A stretch of DNA of 64,000 nucleotides, from contig CBDFFH010000005.1 of NCBI GenBank assembly GCA_965246715.1, positions 64,001 through 128,000 of the forward strand, written 5' to 3'. Positions 31,588 to 43,000 of the stretch are shown here, piece after piece. A model generated the notes under the pieces. That model ran no database searches, was not told where the DNA came from, and saw only the letters and a program-made list of their open reading frames with translations. The stretch is from Chamaesiphon sp. (GTDB lineage Bacteria; Cyanobacteriota; Cyanobacteriia; Cyanobacteriales; Chamaesiphonaceae). A program made the translations under genes and the position numbers. Numbering within the stretch: position 1 is the stretch's first letter; the number at the start of each line of letters is the position of its first letter.

Positions 31588-31715
31588 AAGATTTTGTCAA
31601 AATTGATGCTCGATCGTGCCAATTTTTCCAGATTGGGAACGATTAAAGATAGAAGGGGGAAAATATTCCCCCACATTTCGTTGTTACTGAAAATCTCTAT
31701 TCATGTCGATCGCCT

Positions 31716-32498
31716 ATGTCACCCGACCTTAATGCCTTGCGCCGATTGGTGCATACAGATTTAGATACTCGATTATTAAATATCTTATCCAAGATATACG
31801 GCTCCGAGCGACGTACAAGACAACGGCAACGTGCTTGTGGTGAATTGTTTCTATTTCTATCCAGCCTTCCTGAATTTCGGGCTAGCTCTACGAAAAATCG
31901 ACAGATTGACTCACTAGCCAATGAAGCTCATAGAAGTGCTGATATTCTCGATAACTTATGGGAGTGGTTCTTTGGTGAGGGAAAAGACGGTATTCCCCGA
32001 ATTGAGAAGTTTTCACCTAGTAACCTGAATGAAGGATTACTCGAAAATATGCTGATTTGGTTGCGGGATAAACGTTACAACTTTAAGCTTGAAAATCATC
32101 GTAAGTACTGCAAACAAAGCCAAATCTTGCCAAGTGATGCAGCTAAAAATGTGGGTGATAATGAAGCAGGTACCTTCTTAGAATCATTTGCCGCTACTCC
32201 GACAGCCAAATGGCGAAAATTCTTGGATGCCTGCTATCATGACGAGGACAATTCACTCAAACAACCATTCAGTAAAAAATTCCCTACTTTTAACTGCCAT
32301 GTCTATTTAATGGTTGTAGAATTCCGTGAGCCAAGACCAGGGAATGTAGAGGAAGTTGCTGAAGTTCTGGCACATGAACACAAATTAAATATTCCCACAG
32401 ATACGATCGGTCGTTTGGCACGAGAAAATTTCGTACCATTGCTCAAACAAAAATATCAAGACTTTCTTGATAATGATGGCGAATTAATTACCAATTAA
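31716..32498 (+). CDS. Divergent sigma-70/ECF-like DNA-binding protein
   Basis: Region-2-like LWEWF..IEKFSP..L..ML.WL; C-terminal D.D..L...FPTFNC..EEVAEVL..IPTDTI..FVPLLK HTH-like domain, similar to 48826-50004. Confidence 0.55.
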   Translation: MSPDLNALRRLVHTDLDTRLLNILSKIYGSERRTRQRQRACGELFLFLSSLPEFRASSTKNRQIDSLANEAHRSADILDNLWEWFFGEGKDGIPRIEKFSPSNLNEGLLENMLIWLRDKRYNFKLENHRKYCKQSQILPSDAAKNVGDNEAGTFLESFAATPTAKWRKFLDACYHDEDNSLKQPFSKKFPTFNCHVYLMVVEFREPRPGNVEEVAEVLAHEHKLNIPTDTIGRLARENFVPLLKQKYQDFLDNDGELITN

Positions 32499-32553
32499 TC
32501 TAAATTAAACCCGATTTAATAGCAAGACCCTTCATTACTTCAAAATCTAAATC

Positions 32554-33318
32554 ATGACAAACATACATTCAATAGTTTTGGACACACCAAAACTTCCCCT
32601 GAGCACCAAGGCTCACAATGAGGCGAAACAGGCGATCGAATCTATCTCAGATCCTCAGTTAAAGGATTCACTTTACTCCTCAATTCTAGCCGCCTATGGA
32701 CTACACCGCTATTTCACGTTTATTGGTATCGATAGCGAAATAAAGATCGCCGAAACCGTCTTCATTCATCTACCCGAACTTGGTAATTTAGAATGCCAAA
32801 TCGCCAGTCTCGAACAAATACAGCTAGATTTACCACCCAGCAAATTACCAAATCGGATCGGCTGTATCATCTTCAAATTCACTGAAGCAGATATAGACAT
32901 CGAAGACTTAGCTGAAGTTGAAATCTTTGGATTTACCAAAGCAACTGCAACCACGATCGATCTTAGCTCACTCCTGACAACTGACGACCTTCTCATCTAT
33001 CTAGATGAATATGAAGTCGGCCTAACTCCAGCCTTAAAGCCCACGATCGATCGCATCCTCGAAATCATCCCTACTCTATGGGCGGGTGCGATTGTCAAGG
33101 CAAAAGCTGAAATATTAGCAAAGTATGAGGAATGGGAGGTAGTAACTGAATTTGCAATTTGGTTGCAGGACTGTTTACTAAATGGAGGTAATACTCTACA
33201 AGTTGCTACGGAAAATCGTGGAAAAAGAGGGGATGAAATAAAGCCAACTAATGATGAGGAAACCAACAAAAAAATTAACGAGCTAAATAGATTAGCTGAT
33301 GATTTGATGAAATCATAG
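32554..33318 (+). CDS. DUF1822-like protein (N-terminal part of the family)
   Basis: AHNEAKQ..LYSSILAAYGLHRYF, LPELGNLEC, NRIGCI, EVEIFGF. Confidence 0.7.
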   Translation: MTNIHSIVLDTPKLPLSTKAHNEAKQAIESISDPQLKDSLYSSILAAYGLHRYFTFIGIDSEIKIAETVFIHLPELGNLECQIASLEQIQLDLPPSKLPNRIGCIIFKFTEADIDIEDLAEVEIFGFTKATATTIDLSSLLTTDDLLIYLDEYEVGLTPALKPTIDRILEIIPTLWAGAIVKAKAEILAKYEEWEVVTEFAIWLQDCLLNGGNTLQVATENRGKRGDEIKPTNDEETNKKINELNRLADDLMKS

Positions 33319-33414
33319 CGATCCTGAGATTAACTCAATTAATCTTGTAGAACATTTTTCTTTAAACGCATCACCTCGATCGTGGTGCGCTTTATGTATT
33401 CAGCCATCGCCAAA

Positions 33415-34029
33415 TCAAAACAAACCGTAATCATAACAGGTTAATATCTCTGCCAATAACTTCGGATTAGATTCGAGTAAATTACCCAAATTCTGTTCCT
33501 GTAGCGCATCCGCACATCGATCGAATATCCCATAGCAATATCGCTCATCATCATGACGCGATCGATACCTAATGCCATCTACCGCTTGGGGATGGTCGTA
33601 AATTGCCTGTGCCCATTGCCGAGCAGCAACATAAGAACCCGATGAAAGTCTGGCATCAGCACCCATTTTCACCAAACCATTCCCCGTCACATCCGCAAAT
33701 ACTAGCTCTCGTTGACTGTCGATCGTAAATAAATTGCGCTGTCTCAGTACTATCTCCGAGACACCTTTCGCCCCATGAGTCCGCCCATAGCATTCGATCC
33801 AACTCGCATAGACATCTGCACCTACATACAAAATCCCATAGCCCTGGGCTGGGCTATCGAATCTACCCGATCCAGATCGATCGAAATAAAGGCTAGAAGG
33901 GAAGTCTCGATCATTTAATCGATACCAAGTCCCCTTGCTGCTCACAGTTGGTAATTCCCTACTCCTAAAATCCGCTGGTGGCGACGGATGCGGAATTAGG
34001 GGATCTTCAGGCGGGGTTGGGTTTACCAT
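33415..34029 (-). CDS. RES-domain toxin (putative NAD+ phosphorylase)
   Basis: WYR, GRFD, YGILY, E, DGIRYRSRHD; ATG at 34029. Confidence 0.88.
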   Translation of the reverse strand: MVNPTPPEDPLIPHPSPPADFRSRELPTVSSKGTWYRLNDRDFPSSLYFDRSGSGRFDSPAQGYGILYVGADVYASWIECYGRTHGAKGVSEIVLRQRNLFTIDSQRELVFADVTGNGLVKMGADARLSSGSYVAARQWAQAIYDHPQAVDGIRYRSRHDDERYCYGIFDRCADALQEQNLGNLLESNPKLLAEILTCYDYGLF

Positions 34030-34693
34030 AGCAAGCAGCAGCATTAACTACGGCATCGATATCTCCAGCAACAAGGCATTCTAAAGGCGTGCGATCGTCT
34101 AACCGCAAATCTCCAGTTTTCATAAACATTAGCTGTGTCCAACCATCGAATTTAGCCAAGGCTGATAGGATTCGATCGAGTCCTGTCAATACCGCTCCAT
34201 CTTGAAACTGCCAGAGTGGATAGAAGTAGCCACGTTTTCCCAGCGAAACAGCTAAAAGCTGTCCCTTACTCCGCCGTTTATCGACAGCCTGACGAGAAAT
34301 CCCCAGTAGTTGAGCAACTTCTTCACTCCGTAGGGGTTGACCATCGCTGGATAATAGATCCTGCTTGACTATCATCCCTCTCAGCCGCGCACCTGCTAGC
34401 GGATCGATCGGTGCAAGTTCGGCTAATAGTTCCGGTGATGTCAACGCCGCGATCGTCTGCGCCAAACTACTAGAGTGGGGCTTTGCAGTAACATTACTGG
34501 CATGAGTGGCGGCTAGAGCCACATCTACGATCGACTGCCAATATTGTGCCAAGTTGCTGTGATGCTTGGATTCGCGTAATGCGGTCGCTAACGCATCTCT
34601 AAACTGGGGTGAAGTATCGAGTAAATTGGCAATCAGTACTCGATCGCTGGGGGTGGAGGTTTGCACCCGTTCGATTAGGGCTTCTGCGCTCAT
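34007..34693 (-). CDS. HTH + Xre/MbcA-like antitoxin of the RES toxin
   Basis: EVAQLLGISRQAVDKRR, YPLWQF, LDDRTPLECL; overlaps the RES gene. Confidence 0.82.
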   Translation of the reverse strand: MSAEALIERVQTSTPSDRVLIANLLDTSPQFRDALATALRESKHHSNLAQYWQSIVDVALAATHASNVTAKPHSSSLAQTIAALTSPELLAELAPIDPLAGARLRGMIVKQDLLSSDGQPLRSEEVAQLLGISRQAVDKRRSKGQLLAVSLGKRGYFYPLWQFQDGAVLTGLDRILSALAKFDGWTQLMFMKTGDLRLDDRTPLECLVAGDIDAVVNAAACYGKPNPA

Positions 34694-34860
34694 AAGTTAA
34701 ACTCACAACTAAGTTTGATTGACTAAGTTGCACAACTTAGTCAACTTATTTCTAGTCTAACCTTCTTTATCGGCGATCGTTATGAAATTTTGGCAAAATT
34801 TAAACGACCATTGATAAATCTCAACACAGCAATTGCACTACACTCGAATTCACATGATGA

Positions 34861-37815
34861 TTAAGCCATCCCTTGACAGATGAAGCCAGCCCAATAGAAG
34901 GGCGATTCAAAGGGTCGATCCATCGTGCAGTAGCGTTGTAATGTTGCTGGTATGGACTCGATCGATTTAATTTGTTGAGTCAGGTTCTTCATCGTCTGAG
35001 CGATATCCTGCCATTCTTGCGATCGATCGTCCAGAGTCGATTTTTGTTGGTAAAGTTCTTTCCTGTGATGCGTGAGCGTGGCTATCTCTTGAGCGACATG
35101 TTCGATTAGTTGTGGATAGTGACTAATCTTAAATTCTTCCCCCGTCAGATTCAGCAGTCGGAGTTGGGCGGACTGGAGAGAGATTGCGCGATTGAAACCA
35201 TCTCGCCGCTCTTGGTGATAAAAGATATCAAACAGGGCAGTTACTAAATCATCGACACTCCAAAGTGTGCTTATTACGCTCCTAGCACCAATACACAAAA
35301 ATCCAGTACTTAGGGTCACTACATCATCAGTGAAAGTAAATTGACCCAAGTGCGTTTCACATGCTGAGAGAAATACTTCATCTAGCTCTGGATATCTTTT
35401 GCCGATCAGTAAATCGCCTAATGTAATTTTGCCATCTGCCAGAATAAGTGCCGATTCTAAAGGATTATCTAAGCGTGAGATTGCATGATGGCTGGAGTGG
35501 AGGCGGTTGACTCTGGAAAGAATATCTCGATAGTTTGCGATAGTGGCTTGGGTGGAGCCTCGTAGACGGTTAATATTGGACACATCATAAAGTGCGGCGA
35601 TTTGTTCGCCTTCATACCGCGCTCCTAGCAGATTATCATTAGCATCCTCGACAATGCCTTGAACACTTCCGCTAACTACAGGTCGCTGCTGGCAGTATTG
35701 TAAAATTTGGCAACTAGGGACAGAACGAATAGTAAATCTTTCCCCTAACAACACTCCATCACATATCGGTAAAGCCGCAAAGGGAATTTGATGTAATAGT
35801 AAGTGTGGCACCAGAACTATTTCATGGATGTCACTAGAGAGAATTTCAAATAGTTGGTTGAGTTGTAAACGATCAGCGATCTCAGCCAATACCTTTGGCA
35901 TCTGGACTCGCCATCCAGAACTGTCTAAGTTGTTGTAGGGTTTAAACCAATTTTCAATCAGCCATTGCTGAAATTCATGCCAGCCTTGACTAGGGCATGT
36001 GAGTAACTGTGGTTCTTGGTTTTGCTTCAGGATGAAGATATGAGTATCATCATCAGTGCTATAGAAAATCAAAATTGCAGTTTGGGAATTGGTAATTAGC
36101 TTCTGGATAGCAGCAAATTCGATTTGTTCTACTGCAATTTGTCCAGCAATAGCCGGATCGAAAGCACGAATTTTGAGATATAGCTCTCTTTTTTGTGCTT
36201 CTAAAGCCAGAATTGCGACGTTATCATGACTGAGGCTGACAGCATTACGTGTAGATATGATGCCATCACCTTCGAGGCTACCATGCTCGGACAGTTGTTG
36301 AATCTGGTGGCTGAGTTGTTCGTATTCGGCTAGATACTTCTGGATCTCTGCGGGAATTTCGGTATCAGGATAGACATCTTTGGTGCCTATTAGATCGACT
36401 AGTTGGCGACTGCGGATGCGCTCAGTGTATTCGATCGCTTTTCTGTAGTCATTTATTTTGATAGCGCACTGGATCGCGTTTTCATAGACGGAGATTGCAT
36501 CTTTAAGCAGTTGTTGGCGATTTTGTTCATTTGCAACCCAAGTACGAGAGGTTTCAACGGCTTGCATGGCGATTTCGTAGACATCGATAGCTTTTTGCCA
36601 GTTTCCTTGGATAAAGTGAACGTTACCCAAATTTCGAGCAGATTGTAGGCAGTCGCTAGGCAAAGATTGAGGGGTTCTTACTTCTAAGGAAGAGCCATAG
36701 CAGTCAATCGACATTTCCAGATTCTTAGATCTGTCACCCTGCATTCTCTGACTGTAAGCATTAGCAAGATTATTTTGCGTCATCGCCCATTGAACGGGGA
36801 AATCCCACTTGGTATAAACCGCTAGTGCCGATTCATAGCTCAAGATCGCCCGTTCCAAATTCTCGGCTTTGTCCCCCGCAATCCGGTTTAGGTATGAATT
36901 TGCAATATTGTTTTGAGTTATCGCCCATTGAACGGGGAAATCAGCACGATTTCTTACCTCTAGTGATAATTGATAGCTCAAAATCGCCCGTTCCAAATTC
37001 TCGGCTCTATCTCCCCGAATCCTGTCACTGTAAGCATTAGCAAGATTATTTTGTGTCATCGCCCATTGAACGGAGAAATCCCACTTGGTATAAACTGCTA
37101 GTGCCGATTCATAGCTCAAAATCGCCCGTTCCAAATTCTCGGCTCTGTCCCCCCAAATCCTGTCTTTGTATACATTAGCGAGATTATTTTGTGTCATCGC
37201 CCATTGTTTGGGGAAACATTCTTTAGTGTAAATCTCCGAGGCTGATTTATAGCAAGCGATCGACATTTCCAAATTCTCAGATCTATCTCCCAGAATCCTG
37301 TCACTGTAAGCATTAGCAAGATTATTTTGTGTCATCGCCCATTGTTTGGGAAAACATTCTTTAGTGTAAATCTCCGAGGCTGATTCATAGCAAACGATCG
37401 ACTTTTCCAAATTCTCGGCTTTGTCACCCCGAATCCTTTCACTATAGGCAATAGCAAGACTATTTTGAATTGAAGCCCATGTTTCAGGAACTTCATGAAT
37501 CGTCAGTACTTGAACTGCTAGATTGTAACAAGAGATCGACAATTCCATATTCACAGCCCTATTCCCCAATGGGAATTCCTGAATTAAGTTGCCAAATTCA
37601 CCAATAATCATGGCTATAAACCTCTGTTCTTCTCTCTCGATTGCTGCGAACCGATCGACCGTAAAAGTCTCCAGCACTGCTATCATTTCATCGTCTAATA
37701 GTGCTAAGTTTTCACGCAGTAGTGAATGAATAATCTGATAATCTCCATTAATATCAGTGATTAGCTGTAATACCTCAAGCAAAAAATGTAACTGTTCTGG
37801 TTGGAATCTACTCAC
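34861..37815 (-). CDS. TPR-repeat CHAT-domain protease B
   Basis: 46-aa repeats (QWAMTQNNLA); LHSSHHA, FLSACET, STLWSVDD, PFYWAGF. Confidence 0.92.
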   Translation of the reverse strand: MSRFQPEQLHFLLEVLQLITDINGDYQIIHSLLRENLALLDDEMIAVLETFTVDRFAAIEREEQRFIAMIIGEFGNLIQEFPLGNRAVNMELSISCYNLAVQVLTIHEVPETWASIQNSLAIAYSERIRGDKAENLEKSIVCYESASEIYTKECFPKQWAMTQNNLANAYSDRILGDRSENLEMSIACYKSASEIYTKECFPKQWAMTQNNLANVYKDRIWGDRAENLERAILSYESALAVYTKWDFSVQWAMTQNNLANAYSDRIRGDRAENLERAILSYQLSLEVRNRADFPVQWAITQNNIANSYLNRIAGDKAENLERAILSYESALAVYTKWDFPVQWAMTQNNLANAYSQRMQGDRSKNLEMSIDCYGSSLEVRTPQSLPSDCLQSARNLGNVHFIQGNWQKAIDVYEIAMQAVETSRTWVANEQNRQQLLKDAISVYENAIQCAIKINDYRKAIEYTERIRSRQLVDLIGTKDVYPDTEIPAEIQKYLAEYEQLSHQIQQLSEHGSLEGDGIISTRNAVSLSHDNVAILALEAQKRELYLKIRAFDPAIAGQIAVEQIEFAAIQKLITNSQTAILIFYSTDDDTHIFILKQNQEPQLLTCPSQGWHEFQQWLIENWFKPYNNLDSSGWRVQMPKVLAEIADRLQLNQLFEILSSDIHEIVLVPHLLLHQIPFAALPICDGVLLGERFTIRSVPSCQILQYCQQRPVVSGSVQGIVEDANDNLLGARYEGEQIAALYDVSNINRLRGSTQATIANYRDILSRVNRLHSSHHAISRLDNPLESALILADGKITLGDLLIGKRYPELDEVFLSACETHLGQFTFTDDVVTLSTGFLCIGARSVISTLWSVDDLVTALFDIFYHQERRDGFNRAISLQSAQLRLLNLTGEEFKISHYPQLIEHVAQEIATLTHHRKELYQQKSTLDDRSQEWQDIAQTMKNLTQQIKSIESIPATLQRYCTMDRPFESPFYWAGFICQGMA
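36680..37470 (-). repeat. Intragenic 138-bp tandem repeats (5 full units plus partials)
   Basis: D(K/R)AENLE..I..Y.S...QWAMTQNNLANAY..RI.G. Confidence 0.88.
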
Positions 37816-37934
37816 GATCTAAAATTATGAAAATCACATGCAGCACAAGCATCTATTGAGCCAAAGAAACTTGAGTGGAAGCATTTCACGATCTAACTAT
37901 AGCAATCCTAAATGATTCATGAGATTTATTATTC

Positions 37935-37967
37935 GGTGCGTTACGCTATCGCGATAACACACACTAC
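37935..37967. repeat. REP-like imperfect palindrome
   Basis: ggtgcgttacgctatcgcgataacacacactac in an intergenic gap. Confidence 0.45.
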
Positions 37968-37994
37968 GATCTTCTTACAAATCAAATAGGACTG

Positions 37995-38780
37995 CTATAG
38001 ATAAATCTGTATGATTAAATCAAGCCCAGAACATACGCAGAGTATCAAGACGATTGAATACAAGGACAGGAATTCCTTGATTAAAGTTTCATGCTCTTTT
38101 GTTATATTTTTAAGATCTCTATATGAAATATTCATCTTTTCGATAATCTCTTTTCTGTTATGTCCTGTCAAGAACATTTGTAAGATACTAGCCAATTTGA
38201 CATCCGGTCTCGCTCCCATAGAGATCGAGCCAAAAATAGACTCCAGGTCATTATATAATTCTTCTTCACGCTCCGATGTTTTATCTGCGAGGGAATTGAG
38301 ACGGGTTAAACCTTCACAAACATCTAAGTCTAGCGATTCCGTCGTTAATACCTTTTTAAACGAGTCATCTACTTTACGCCGACGAATATTCAAATACTTT
38401 TCTTGAGCATCTTGACTTACCCCTGCTCGACTTTTATTAAATAAATGCTTGAGGTTACGTTTTTCCACTGAACTCTCAGCACGAATAGCATTCCAAATTC
38501 TGCCATCCATCATAGAAATCGACTCGTTAACTGTTTCATTTCTGAGACTACCATCTAGTCCATATGGATTCGGATACTTGGACTTGTCAGCAATCTCTGG
38601 TAAATTTTCCCGACGGAGCCGCTCATATCCCTGATCGATAGCACGAGTAATTTGCTGATGCTGTAGTGAATGCAGATCTTCCTGGGTTCTTTGAAGATCG
38701 AGTGCCGCTAGATATTTTTGCCGTTCCTCAATAGTCTCAGGGAATTCTGGGATATTGGGTGTTGTCATAGTATCCTCCAA
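37995..38780 (-). CDS. Hypothetical protein with C-terminal sigma-region-4-like HTH and hydrophobic tail
   Basis: ILQMFLTGHNRKEIIEKMNISYRDLKN, then FLSLYSIVLILCVC; GGAGG RBS favours ATG at 38768. Confidence 0.5.
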   Translation of the reverse strand: MEDTMTTPNIPEFPETIEERQKYLAALDLQRTQEDLHSLQHQQITRAIDQGYERLRRENLPEIADKSKYPNPYGLDGSLRNETVNESISMMDGRIWNAIRAESSVEKRNLKHLFNKSRAGVSQDAQEKYLNIRRRKVDDSFKKVLTTESLDLDVCEGLTRLNSLADKTSEREEELYNDLESIFGSISMGARPDVKLASILQMFLTGHNRKEIIEKMNISYRDLKNITKEHETLIKEFLSLYSIVLILCVCSGLDLIIQIYL

Positions 38781-38902
38781 GAAGTGTTGATAACTGTTGC
38801 CTTACAGATGTATCGGAAGCTAGCCTCTTAAATTAGCTAAATCTCAGAAAATTTATTTCAAAGTTGGTTGTCGTCTTTCCGAATTGTGAAGACAAGGTAC
38901 TG

Positions 38903-39553
38903 TTATCTCAGAGAATAGAACTTCTTGTATTTTGAGCAACTCTTATCAACCTCTCGTTGTGGGGGGACAAAAGACTCCACGATCGAGATAGATTCATTAA
39001 TCACCTCAGAAATATGTCCTGATGCTAAGTTATTCCATCCCTTTCCTTTTGCGGAGATCGATGACAGCTTCGATCTGCTCGAAACTATATATCTTGCTGT
39101 CGCAATGTCAGCTAATTCCCAATTGCGAGTTCCTAACTGTAATACAGCTTTACTAATCGTCATATCCAGTGCAGACATTACCTCTTGAAGCCGATCGAAT
39201 CCGACTGCGCGGTAATGATTGGCTTCATACTTTTGAATCTGCTGCTCTTGAACTCCGATTTTGTCCGCCAGTTCCTTCTGAGTCATTCCCGCCGCAATTC
39301 TGGCTTCGATCATTACACGTGGGAGATCTCCCAGAGATTCGATCGGAAACTTGGTAATCTGGCCGCTCTTGAGCCGATCATACTCCGCGATTTCCTGCTC
39401 TAATTCCCCAATTAAGATGTTTAAGCTGTTCTTCCGTGCCAGCATCAGTCGAGGATGCAAGTCAGAGTCTGGAGCATCTAGAGCCGATAGGTCGAGCTTG
39501 AGGTTTCTTAATTTAGTCTGAGTGATTTTATATTGACGTTCATTTTGAATCAT
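38903..39553 (-). CDS. XRE-family HTH regulator/antitoxin
   Basis: MIQNERQYKIT N-terminus; ARIAAGMTQKELADKIGVQEQQIQKYE. Confidence 0.88.
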   Translation of the reverse strand: MIQNERQYKITQTKLRNLKLDLSALDAPDSDLHPRLMLARKNSLNILIGELEQEIAEYDRLKSGQITKFPIESLGDLPRVMIEARIAAGMTQKELADKIGVQEQQIQKYEANHYRAVGFDRLQEVMSALDMTISKAVLQLGTRNWELADIATARYIVSSRSKLSSISAKGKGWNNLASGHISEVINESISIVESFVPPQREVDKSCSKYKKFYSLR

Positions 39554-39563
39554 AGTCTGTGCC

Positions 39564-39977
39564 TCACTGAGTAATGAATTCTTTGGGATCTAAGGCAATT
39601 ACCCCTTTGGGATTACCTTCTCGATCGGTTCGGAAGAAGCCCTCGTAACTTGGTAGATCGAACAGTCTGCCGCCAAATACGATTTGTTGGTCGTTAGCAT
39701 TTTCAACAAACAGAGAATCGAGAGTGTTTGGATCGAGTCCAAAATCGTCATACCAGCCGTCAAAATCATTAGGTTGCTCTTTTGTGGTGACAAAGCTGCC
39801 CCCAAGGATGACCCGCCGACAGCCAGCTATCCCAAGTTTACGCAAAGCAGCCGCTAGACCCGTGGCTAATCTCTGTCGGTGGCGGTTGATGACAAATCTT
39901 TCCATGAATTCTTGCCAGCTAGCTTCATAAACGCCTGGTGGGAGGTATCCTAAGTCGTTGAATTCTGGAATGGACAT
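39564..39977 (-). CDS. DUF6932-like nucleotidyltransferase-fold protein
   Basis: GYLPPGVY, GGSFVTTKEQPNDFD, DREGNPKGVI; 10 bp upstream of the XRE gene. Confidence 0.8.
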   Translation of the reverse strand: MSIPEFNDLGYLPPGVYEASWQEFMERFVINRHRQRLATGLAAALRKLGIAGCRRVILGGSFVTTKEQPNDFDGWYDDFGLDPNTLDSLFVENANDQQIVFGGRLFDLPSYEGFFRTDREGNPKGVIALDPKEFITQ

Positions 39978-40058
39978 TAGAACAACTTAGGGTAAAAATT
40001 GTGTCAACCATAATTTAACACAATTTCTAGATTGGGTTCATGAAAGATCGTAGTTGTT

Positions 40059-43000
40059 TTATGCCATGCCCTGGCAGATAAAGCCAGCCCAATAGAAGGA
40101 GGATTCAAATGGTCGATCCATCGTGCAGTAGCCTTCTAATATTTCTGGTATGGACTCGATCGATTTAATTTTCTGAGTGAGACTCTTCATCGTCTCTGCT
40201 AGCTCTTGCCATTCCTCTGTTTGGTTACTCAGCGTAGATTGTTGCTGGTAAAGTTTTTTTATTTGCTGCTTGAGTGCAGCGATTCTCGCAGAGCTATCAG
40301 CGTTGACATGCTCGATCAGCTTAGGAAAATGATAAAGCTTAAACTCTTCACCAGTAAGATTCCGCAGTCTGTTCTGAGCCGATTGCAAAGATCGAGCGCG
40401 ATCGAGTCCATCTCGTCGTGCTTCGTGATAAAAGATATCAAACAGCGCAGTTACCAAGTCATCGACGCTCCACAGCGTACTTTGGACGCTCCTGGCACCG
40501 ATGCACAAGAAGCCAGTGGTGAGGGTAGCAACATCATCGGTGAAGGTGAATTTGCCCAAATGGGTTTCACAAGCCGAGAGGAAGATTTCATCGAGGTTTG
40601 GGTATTTCTCGCCCATCAACAGATCGCCGAGGGTGATTTTGCCGTCAGCCAGAAATAATGCTGATTCCAAGGGATTTTCTAGGTTGGAACTAGCATGGTG
40701 GCTGGAGTGGAGACGATTGACACGACTCAGGAGTTGACGGTAGTTAGCGATCGTTGCTTGACTCTTACCACGCAGTCGATCGATCTCCAATACGCCATGA
40801 ATTTCGGCAATCTTTTGACCTTCATATCGCGCTCCTAGCAAACTATCATCCGCATCTTCAACGATCCCTTGAGTGCTAGTCAGAATCGGAGATCGATCTT
40901 GGCAGTATTTCAAAATCTGACAACTGGGGATCGATCGGATGGTGAATTTTTCACCGAGTAATTCTTCAGAGTTGCCTGTAGGTAAAGCGGCGAAGGGGAT
41001 TTGGTGGAGGAGCAAATGCGGTACCAAAACTAGTTCTTGGATGTCGCTGAGGTGGTCAGCAATAAGTTGGGGGAGTTGCAGCCGTTCGGCGATCTCTGCG
41101 AGTACTGATGGCATTCGATCGCGCCATGCAGAATTATCTTCTTGTTTGTATGGGTTGAGCCAATTTTCAATCAGCCATTTCTGAAATTCATTCCAGCCTT
41201 GTCCGGTGCAGGTGAATAGCTCCGGCTCTTGGTTTTGCTTGAGGATAAAGATGTGGGTATGGTCGTTGGTGCTATAGCAGGTCAGGATCGCGGTGTGGGC
41301 GTTGGTAATCAGCTTTTGAATCTCGCTGTGGGAAATGGGTGCGATCGCAATCTGTCCGGCAAGTACGGGGTCGTGGGTGCGGATTTTGTCGTAGAGAATT
41401 TGTTTGCGATCGGCTAGGGAATTGATTTTCTCGTTATCTGCTCGTAAGGTTTGGCTATCTCGGCTAGTTTTGGTAGCGGACATGGTTCGATCGCCACCTT
41501 CTCGGAGGTTCTCGATGTCCTCGTTGAGTTGTCGGTATTCGGTCAAATAAGCTTGAATCTCAGCGGGGACTTGGGCATCACCATACAAGTCTTTACTAGC
41601 CATTAGTTCAACGAGTTGACGGCTACGAACGCGCTCGGTGTATTCGATCGCGCTTCGATAGTCTTTCAGGTTAATGGCGCACTGAATAGCATTTTCATAC
41701 ACACTGAGAGCTGTTTGCAAGACACGCTGGCGTTCGGTGTCATTTACCGACCAACTGCGGGATGTTTCAGCGGATTGCATAGCGATTTTATAAGCTTCGA
41801 TTGCTTTTTGCCAATGCTCTTGTTTTAAATAAATATTTCCTATTCCTCTATTAGCTTTTATTACATTTATAGGTAAGGTTTCGGGGGTGAAGATCTCTAG
41901 TGCTTTCAAATAATGCTCGATCGCCAAATCATTTTGCCCTTTTTCTAAGTAGAAAATTGCTATATTTTCTTGAGTTCCTGCCCACTCTATTGGGAAATTT
42001 TCTTTCGTTCTTATTTCTAACGCCGCTTCATAGCAACCGATCGATTTTTCCAAATTTTCAGCCTTATGCCCTTCTATTCTTTCACCATAAACATTTGCCA
42101 GGTTGTTTTGGGTTGTTGCCCATTGTATTGGGAAATTTCCTTTCGTTCTTATTTCTAATGCCGCTTCGTAGCAGACAATCGCTTTCTCCATATTCTCTGA
42201 CTTGTCACCTTTGATTCTGTTTTTATATGAAACAGCCAAATTATTTTGGGTTGTTGCCCACTGTATTGGAAAATCTTCCTTCTTGTATATCTCCAGTGCC
42301 GCTTCATAGCACGCAATCGCTTTTTCTATATTCTCTGCTTTATCTCCTTTGATTCTGTCACTCCATGAACCAGCCAAGTTATTTTTAGTCCCTGCCCACT
42401 GTATGGGAAAATCCTCTTTTGTCCTTATCGACAGTGCCGCTTCGTAGCAAGAGATCGCTTTTTCTATATTCTCTGCTTTATCCCCTTTGATCCTGTTTTT
42501 ATATGAAACAGCCAAGTTGTTTTGAGTTGTTGCCCACTGTATTGGGAAATCTTCCTTCTTACATATCTCCAGTGCCGCTTCATAGCAAGAGATAGCTTTC
42601 TCTATATTTTCTGCTTTATCCCATTTAATTCTGTCACTGTATGCCGCAGCTAGGTTGTTTTGAGTCCCTGCCCATTGTATTGGAAAATCTTCTTTCTTCC
42701 TGATTGACAGTGCCGCTTCATAGAAAGAGATAGCTTTCTCTATATTTTCTGCTTTATCCCCTTTAATTCTGTCACTGTATGCCGCAGCTAGGTTATTTTG
42801 GGTTTGTGCCCACTTCTGAGAATGATTCTCTCTTGTTCTAACCGTTAAAACCGCCACCAAACCCGCTATCACAATCTCCATATTCTGAGCGCGATTTCCC
42901 AGCGGAAACTCATAAAGCCTAATCACTATATTTTCAATCAATGCCACAAAACCTTCTGCATCTTGTGGCTGAGTGGCTACAATCTGCTCTATGTAGATTT

